DNA from: Chrysomallon squamiferum | Taxonomy: Eukaryota > Animalia > Mollusca | Reading direction: 5' to 3' | DNA length: 64,000 nucleotides | NCBI GenBank assembly: GCA_012295275.1 | Contig: CM022670.1 | Coordinates: 20,460,001 to 20,524,000, forward strand | Shown: positions 52,825-64,000 of the stretch, piece by piece | How the letters are laid out: the number at the start of each line of letters is the position of its first letter | How positions within the stretch are numbered: the first letter of the stretch is position 1 | The notes under the pieces: generated by a model | What the model was told of the DNA's origin: nothing | Database searches by the model: none | Seen by the model: the letters and a program-made list of their open reading frames with translations, nothing else | Position numbers and translations under genes: made by a program

Positions 52825-53266
52825 GTAATAATTTTTAACATTCAAGAAAACTGTAACATCCATAATATTAAATATGGTTATTTAAGTTTTTAATGATAAC
52901 ATTAATGAATAAAAAAATCTGATGGAATGGTTTTAACATTTCAGAATGCAATAACACATATGGTACTAACTGTGGTTTAACATGCAGTGTAAGACACTGC
53001 AAGAACGACAACTCATCATGCGATTCAAAGACAGGAGAATGTGTTGGAGGCTGCAAGCCAGGATGGAAAAACCTTAGCTGCACTGAAGGTAGGATAAATC
53101 TTTTATTAAATAAAGGAAATAAATCTGCTTACATTGTCGCTGAACATTTATTACACACTGATATGTATTCATGTATGTCTGTCTCTTTTTCTGCGGGTAA
53201 TCTGTTAACGTTATTAATGTAGTATTATGGACCTAACTGTTTACTGCATTGTTCAAAGCGACATTG

Positions 53267-53304
<38 letters not shown>

Positions 53305-53547
53305 GTTGTGTGTGTGTGTGTGACTTTTACAAAAGTATTTCAGAATTTCGTTAAATTTATTATGATATTTAATTTCAGAATGTTCTTTTTGGGAGTATGG
53401 AGAAAACTGCAAATATGAATGTACAGAAAGACGTTGCTATGGCCGTCAAAGGTGTGATCCAGAGAGAGGTGAATGTGTTGATGGGTGCATTGATGGCTGG
53501 AACGGAATTTCATGTACTGAAGGTATAGTGACAATTTACCTTTAGAA

Positions 53548-53588
<41 letters not shown>

Positions 53589-54523
53589 TAACAATAACAA
53601 GAGCAATATTAAAATATATACACATTTAGATAGTCATACACACTATCTTTACCTATCTATATTCAAATTTTTCATATATTTTCGTCTTTATTTATTTATT
53701 CACATTCAGTTTGATTATTAGTTCAATAATATATTTGTCTTTATATATATATATGTATATGTATATAAATTTCAGCTAAACCTTTGAAGACCATCAACAT
53801 AACCTTAGTTGGTTTCTGTGTCTCTCTTGGAGTATTGATTATTCTTCTTGTAATTTCTGGTTTAATCATTGCTAGGTAAGCATCCCTTCCTCTACACTTC
53901 GTTTACATTTCTGCAAGTTAAAGGCAAATTTAATTATCATGTTTTACACTACTTTATTTTCTTAAATTTCTATTTGTTGATATCTGATATTAAGAATTTT
54001 AAAATTAAAATGTTAAAGAAAATCATATTTACATCGTGATTTGAAATGACTTTTGAAAATATCCTATATGCCAACATTATATATATATATAATCTGTTTT
54101 TGATAATCATAGAATGGACCCTATTAATTTTGTTTTCACTTGAATATCTTCAACAAAATAACATTTCTTTGTTACCTCTTAAAGTTCGGTTTTTTTTTTT
54201 TATCGTGCATGATAAATAAAATTAATACTTTCTCTTCTTTTCTTTTTTTATCAAGATTCGTGCTTAGAAAGCATTTACTTTCTTCGAAACGTGAACTGAC
54301 AGAATCGAAAGAACTGAAGAAAGAAAACGCAGAAACAAACCAGGTTCCTACGTACGACTCGGCTTATGAAGAAGTGAGCGATAAGAACTCGAATGCTGAA
54401 CATCAGTATCAAAATGTGAGACAGTCTGAAAAGTGCAGCGAACCTGAGACAAACACTTATGAAAAGCTGGAAAATGATATGGTTGATGAACCTTCTCCTT
54501 ACGATGTAATCAACATTTCGTAA
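50152..54523 (+). CDS. Receptor B: type I membrane protein with 5 laminin-type EGF-like repeats and a tyrosine-motif (ITAM/ITIM-like) tail (MEGF10/Draper/CED-1-like), 393 aa, 8 exons
   Basis: Exons 50152-50227 (signal, GC donor), 50607-50753, 51021-51173, 51660-51809, 52945-53088, 53379-53522, 53776-53875 (TM VGFCVSLGVLIILLVISGLIIA) and 54256-54523; 1182 nt open. Confidence 0.9.
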
Positions 54524-56589
54524 TTAGAAGTAATAAATATATTGTTACTGTCTCATACTTCAGTTAGTTACTTCAGTTACTTATATTAAATTTATGTACT
54601 GTGGTAGTTTGTTATACAAATTAATGGTGTGAATTATGATCACTTGTTATGATATTTTCTATTCTGCATGCTGCATGCTATGATAAACAAAAACATGTGT
54701 TTAAGGCTTTGGTTTATAGCATTACTGTTATGATATAATCTTACTCTTATAATGTAAATAAAGATTTCATTACTTTATAATTTGGTATTCTAATCCTACA
54801 GGTAGAACACATTAAACCAGGTATTATAACAACGCTGTACATGTATTGTGACATTCAGTATTTTTATAAATGCAAAACTAACTGTAATAAGCTGAATTCA
54901 GATTTTGTCATCTTAAGTTGAAAATGATTATGTAAAATAAAAATTTCATGAATTTTAACTTACTGATGTGATGTATTTAAAATATAATGTTTTTAGAACA
55001 CACACATATGCTCACCAAAAAAAAAAAAAAAAAAAAAGAATGAAAGGAGGAATACGAAAAAGAAAGTAAATAGAAACAAAAATCCAGTCTTATATGTGAC
55101 AGGTCATCTTTCATATAAAATAAGTTAATGCTACTCATTCATCACATTATTGTATTTCTTTTTTTCTTCTCTTCTCTTCTTTCTTTCTTTCTTCATTCTT
55201 TCGGTCTTTTTTCATTCTTTCTTCATTCTTTCGATCTTTTTTCATTCATTTTTTTTCTGATGTACATGCAAACGTAAAATATGTTTGCAAAAAATAAAAT
55301 TAAAACTCTTCATGTAGACTTTTGTTTGTTAATGTATTTCGTTTCCTTGGTTTTTCTGCAGTTAATTATGTCATTATGTTATCTTATTTTTTAGTTGTGA
55401 GGATTCTCCTTGCACACACACACCTAGAAATCCACACACACACACACACACACCTGTTTTCATAATAACATGTATTTCAATATTTCATACTTCTGCATTA
55501 TTTCGATCGGAAACTGCATACAAGCAATAAGCATCAGCATTTTAACAACGATTTAATTAGGTTGTCTTAAGAGACAACAAGAGCCCAGGGTAGTTCTAAA
55601 TAATAAACGTGTACTGGCACCATTAAATTGTTTTACGTTAAGATATATTTTCATTTGGTAACAAACTTGCATAGTTTGTTTCAAAACTCATCAGTTTCAA
55701 ATTTATGGAAGAGACAGTTATTTCAAACATTATTAAAAGGCAAAAGCCCTGCCACTTTTCTATTATTGTTACGTTTTTTTTTTATTTCTTTTACTGAAAA
55801 TAATTTTTATGAATGTTATTTTTTTTATCTTTAGATTTCGGAGAGGACTATATTGTTGATATCAGTAAACCTACAGTTTAGTTGTAGCATGAAAACGACA
55901 GCGATAGCCCTTTATTATAATAATAGCACGTGCTATTTCAAAGTTACATCAAGGTGGCTTCTCACCAAAATTGTTTATAAATGTGTGCTTTAAAATTATA
56001 AATTATATATTCAAGTATTTATTCACGAACAATAATTATACAATAATTCAATATAAAAAACCCAATTATTTTATATTGCGTAATCTTTATAACAAACATA
56101 TACTGAAAATATGCCACTTATAATGGTGATATAGCGCCTTTAATCTGTTGATTGTTTGTTTTCATTAATGGATATAACACTCCTTTTTTTCATTGGACAT
56201 GTATGAATACTTTACTGATACAGAGCAGGTGTATCCTGTAAAGTGAAGTTGATTATCGCATTGTCATAATTATTATGTTTGTTTTGGAGTTTTTTTGATG
56301 TTTTTTTGTGGTTTACTATTATTATTATTATTATTATTATTATATAATTTGATTATTTAAAGAATATTTATGAACGGGACATCTTATTGCTGAACATGCA
56401 CGATAGTCTTATTAATACTTTATTTTGTTAATAGTTGTCATACAAAGACCACTCATTGTTTCTTGATTACAATTAATAAGTTGACTGTAATTTTGTTAAG
56501 AAGAATAAAGTTTGCGAAAGAAAGATAAATATTATATATGTAGCACGGTTCTTTGATATACCAATTATTGATGAGTGACATAACTAAAT

Positions 56590-56910
56590 GAGTGAAAGAT
56601 AAAAATATTTTATTTAACGACGCACTCAACACATTTTATTTATGATTATATGACGTCAGACATGTATTTAATTACATTATGATAGAAAGGAAACCCGCTA
56701 CTCATAGGTTACGAGTAGTAGCAAGGCATATTTTATACCCATCCTACAGAGAGGCTAGAATATACCACGGCCTTTCTATAGCAGTTGTGGAGCACTGGCG
56801 GGATCGAAAAATAGCTGAATGGGTCCAACAGGTGGGATCGATACAATGCCTCATGGACCGGTGATCATGCCGAGCAAGGGACACTAGATTTGACCTAACG
56901 GTATCGCCGC
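56590..56910 (-). mobile_element. Degenerate tRNA-derived SINE-like repeat
   Basis: Minus strand reads ..atcgatcccacctgttggacccatt..ccagtgctccacaact..aaaggccgtggtat.. and ends gtgttgagtgcgtcgttaaataaaa. It resembles, from memory only, an abundant gastropod SINE. Confidence 0.65.
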
Positions 56911-57109
56911 AAAACGAAAAAAGAAGAAAAGTCACAAAAACCGCCAATGTAAAGTGTGATATTTGAGATTATGACATTTGTGACAAATGTCCACTAACAT
57001 TTTTCTTTTGTTATTAAAAATTATTTAAAATTTATGTAAAAATTATTTCAACGATATTTATAAAGGTAACTTTCACTGGATGCAATATGAATAATAACAA
57101 CTATATAGG

Positions 57110-57320
57110 TTTTACAAAAGTATTTCAGAATTTTAATAAATTGATTCTAATATTCGAATGTTTTTTTGGGGAATATGGAGAAAGCTGTTAGTGTAGAGAC
57201 GTTGCTGTGGTCGTCAAATCTGTGATCCAAAGAGAGGTGAATGTGTTGATGGGTGCCTTGACAGATGGAACGGAATATCATGTACTGAAAGTATACTGCG
57301 AATATGCCTTTAGAAGGTAA

Positions 57321-57367
<47 letters not shown>

Positions 57368-58150
57368 ACAATAAAATTATATAAATAATCTGTTTATGAT
57401 AGTCATACCATAGACTTTGTATGTGCTGTATTAATGTTGTATTGACTTAAATATCCTCACACAAAATATTACATCAGTATTACCTCTGAAACTTCGGTGT
57501 TTTTATCTGGTACAAAATAATCCATATTACTCATTTTTCTTTTTCATATAGACTCATGATTAAAAAAGCGTCACATTCTTAGAAAGTTGAACTGACCAAA
57601 TTGAAACAAAAAATGAAGAAGCAAAGGTAGGATACAGACTAGGTTTCCATTAGAACACAATAGAAGTAACTAATGTATTATCACTGTCTCATACTTCAAT
57701 TAAAACCAAATTTGTTATCTATATTAAATGCATTCATTCTGATAATTTGTTATAATAATTAATAATGTGAATTTTAATCTGTTTTTGTGATATTTTCTAG
57801 TCTGCATGCAGCATGCTATGACAAACCAAAAGTTAACGTTTGTTTGAAGCTTTAGTTTACATCGTTACTGTTACATTGCAAATAAGGATTTTATTAGTTT
57901 ATAATCTATTTCTCATACCAGTTTGAGCGCATCAACATTGTATCATAACAACATTGTACAAGAATGCAGAACAAAGTATAATAACCTGAATTCAGATTTC
58001 GTCTTATTAAGTTGGAAATGCGAAAGAAAAAGTTCATTTAAAATATAATGTTTTTTATAACAAACAAAAACAAAAACCACCAACGAAAGAAAACAAACAA
58101 ACAAACAAATATTCAGTCTGGTATGTGACAGGTCAGCTTTGATATAAAAC
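57110..58150 (+). pseudogene. Receptor B pseudogene fragment 2 (exon 6, shortened tail exon, 3' flank)
   Basis: 57155-57290 matches 53379-53522; 57552-57650 matches 54256-54350; 57661-58150 matches 54525-55120. Confidence 0.85.
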
Positions 58151-58534
58151 AATATAGTTTCTTCTCATTCATCAAATTCTTGATGAGTGGTATGCATGGT
58201 TATTTGCATGGTTTCGATGTTATAACTGACAGCTTAGAGACCCCAGTCCTAAATGTAGGGTCTGTCAAAACATCGGACGATGAAAGGTCTTACGCAGTAA
58301 TTGATGAATACCACGCCCCTGCAAAGGTTACACAGATGTTGACCAATCACAACTCCCTCTGCACCTCAGAGGTGTGGTTTTAAGTGTGTATTTCCACACA
58401 TTTACTGCGTAAGTTTGTCAGTGGGAAAGTAAATTAAGTTTGGAAGAAATAGTTACATCTACGTAGATAGGAACAACGCTGTGTGTGATCCACTGACGAG
58501 TCTCGAGCGTATAGCACCAATACGCCGCACTCCG

Positions 58535-59260
58535 AGGATAAAAACAAGATGACGTGAGATCTGAAATAAAAGACTGCGAAAAACAAAACTAAAAGACAAA
58601 TGATTGTGTCGTCAGTGATGACAGTCCGAAAGAATAAAGGCTGAATAACGATTACCATGATACGAGAATAGTAAAACAAACAAAAAGAGAAAGAAAAAAA
58701 CCCCAAAAAACAATAACACACAAATGAATGAATGAATGAGTGAATAGATAAATAGATAGATTAATAAATACGTAAGGAAGTATGTGATAAAAATTAATTA
58801 ATTTTTTAATAACCACGTATTTTATAATATAAATAAATAAATAAATAAATAAATAAAAGGCTCGTATTTGTATAAGATAGATAACAGGACTTAGTACGCA
58901 TATAGCTGTTATTCAAGTTGCAGCAACAGACAACATTTATCAATAACAGTAATGGTTTTGTTTCAAAGTTATATTGCTTAATTTAATATTATTTGATATA
59001 TTTCAGTGCTTGAAATTAATGCTTGAAATTTACAACCAATTCTGTGTATATTCTAGACTCACTTTATATATAAATTCATTAACTTCAATATATTTATGAA
59101 GCATTGTTATGAGTATGTTAGTAACAGATTTACATTAAAAAATTATTTATTCAGAATGTTTCTGTGGTAAGAAACGTGTCTGCTACTGTGACAAAACATT
59201 TAATTCATAAGACGTATGTTTTAGGCTTTGCCCAACGAAAGAAATATTTATAAATATAAA
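58535..59260 (+). pseudogene. Receptor A pseudogene fragment 1 (end of tail exon + 3' flank)
   Basis: aaaacaagatgacgtgagatctgaaataaaagac... matches 42367-42495, followed by the 3' flank. Confidence 0.85.
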
Positions 59261-59499
59261 ATATTACAATATATATAATATAATATAATATAATATAATA
59301 TAATATAATATAATATAATATAATATAATATAATATTTCAAAACGAAATGTGGTACGTAATTTTGTCCAATATATTTTACACGTTATAAATTAACAGATA
59401 TTATAAAAATGTTGATATTTAAACGTGTAATTAAGTACTAGTTTAAAAACATTGCTTTTTCAAAAAACTATTATATCCGAATTATATTGATGATATAAG

Positions 59500-62260
<2,761 letters not shown>

Positions 62261-62409
62261 AATATAATATAATATAATAATATATAATATAATATAATAT
62301 AATATAATATAATATAATATAATATAATATATCTATATTATTACTGTCTAATACTTCAGCTGAAAACAGCTGTGATATTTATATTAATTTTATTTATTTG
62401 GATTATTTG

Positions 62410-62790
62410 TTATAATAATTAATCATGTGAATTTTAATTTCTTATAATTATATTTTCTATTCTGCTTGCTACATACTGTGACATATAACAAGTTAATATG
62501 TGTTTAAGGCTTTGGTTTATATCATTACTGTTATGATCTAGTGTTACTCTTGCAATGGAAATACAAATTTCGTTATTTTAAAATTTGCTATTCTTATCCT
62601 TCAGGTAGAACACATTAAACCAGGTATTATAATAACGTTGTACACGAATTGTGACATTCAGTATTTTTATAAATGCAAAACTAAGTGTAGTAAGCTGAAT
62701 TCAGATTTCTTCATCTTAAGATGAAAATGATTATGCAAAATAGAAAGTTCTTGAATTTTATCTTATTCCAGTGATGTATATAAAATTTAA
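62410..62790 (+). pseudogene. Third copy of the receptor B 3' UTR/flank
   Basis: Matches 54620-54990 (caggtagaacacattaaaccaggtattata, aagctgaattcagattt). Confidence 0.8.
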
Positions 62791-62914
62791 CATTTCTTTA
62801 AAAATATATATATATATATCATTATATTATCTGATTTTTAGTTGCAACAATTTTCCTTCCACATATTGACTTATAATACTCCATTATTACGTCTTTTATA
62901 TATATCAAATATAT

Positions 62915-62952
<38 letters not shown>

Positions 62953-64000
62953 TAGATAGATAGATAGATTTGAAAAAGGAAGAAAATTACAACAAATAAA
63001 AAAGTACATTAAATTATTTGAGTGATTTCTTGGTATATCTAAAAGGAACCGTTACAAAAATAAATTCTAAAAAAATTTGAATAATTAATGTAGTTTATCT
63101 TATCAAAACTATAATAAATATTTCAGTAATCTGAGCCAGTAACTTTCTTTTTATTTTTATTTTGTATTCAAAGAATAAGGCTTTAGTAATTCACTGCATA
63201 CACAAAATAACATTCCTTAACTCAGTTATGTAAAATCATGGAATCCAGCACAATAGTAGACTCAGATACGAACAAAAATTATTCATATATATATATATAT
63301 ATATCAGTATTTCATACTTCTCCCTTTTTTCCATTAGAAACCGAATATAAACATTAAACGCTCACATTTTCATTTCTGAGCCATTTAATTAGGTAATCTT
63401 AAAAGACTATTATTAATATGTGATTGGAAACACATAAAAGTTAAAAAGCCGCATAAACTTACAAGTGGTGTGTTTGATGTTATGTTGTAAGACCTGAGTC
63501 TAGGATCTGTCACCTGTCAATCAAAACATCGTACACTGAAAGCACCTATCGCAGTCATTGATGAATACCATGCCCCTACAAAGATTGAACAGATGTTGAC
63601 CAATCACAACTCCCTCTGTACTTCAGAGGAGTGGTTTAGGTGTGTATTTCTATACATTCACAGCATAATTATGTCAACGGGAAAATAAAGTAATTTGGAA
63701 GAAACAGACACATCTAGATACATAGTTTCAAAGCTGTACATAATTATTTTATGTATGTATGCCCAAATGTATGTATGTATGTATGTATGCGTGTCTCTCT
63801 CTCTAAATCTAGACACACATACATAAATTCATGTAAATATACACACTCACACAAAGACACACGCACACTCATATATATACACACGCACACTCATATATGT
63901 ACACACACACATACAAACACATATACATATACTCAGGAAATGAATCAAAAGAACAGATGGTGAGAGAAAGATTCCGATTATTTGGTATATACTGCTCAAA

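Overview
AT-rich, microsatellite-rich eukaryotic DNA with GT-AG introns. It is most likely a mollusc, probably a gastropod, judging from the gene families and a SINE-like repeat. A 200-N scaffold gap lies at 30840-31039. Most six-frame ORFs are spurious; the real genes are spliced and were reconstructed by hand. Left of the gap: an intact 4-exon PAN/Apple + Cys-rich + C-type lectin gene (minus, 277 aa), two broken copies of a GT32 glycosyltransferase in a segmental duplication, a frameshifted FkbM-type methyltransferase, and a candidate small secreted-protein gene with an in-frame TGA. Right of the gap is a cluster of MEGF10/SCARF-like EGF-repeat receptors. Receptor A (16 exons, 816 aa) has an F-type lectin head, 11 EGF-like repeats, a TM helix and a tail without YxxΦ motifs. 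Receptor B (8 exons, 393 aa) has 5 EGF-like repeats, a TM helix and a tail with four ITAM/ITIM-like tyrosine motifs. Interleaved dead copies of both surround them. Main hypothesis (inference): A and B form a genomically paired sensor and signalling co-receptor system under birth-and-death evolution, possibly within a wider glycan-recognition locus. No database searches were run.
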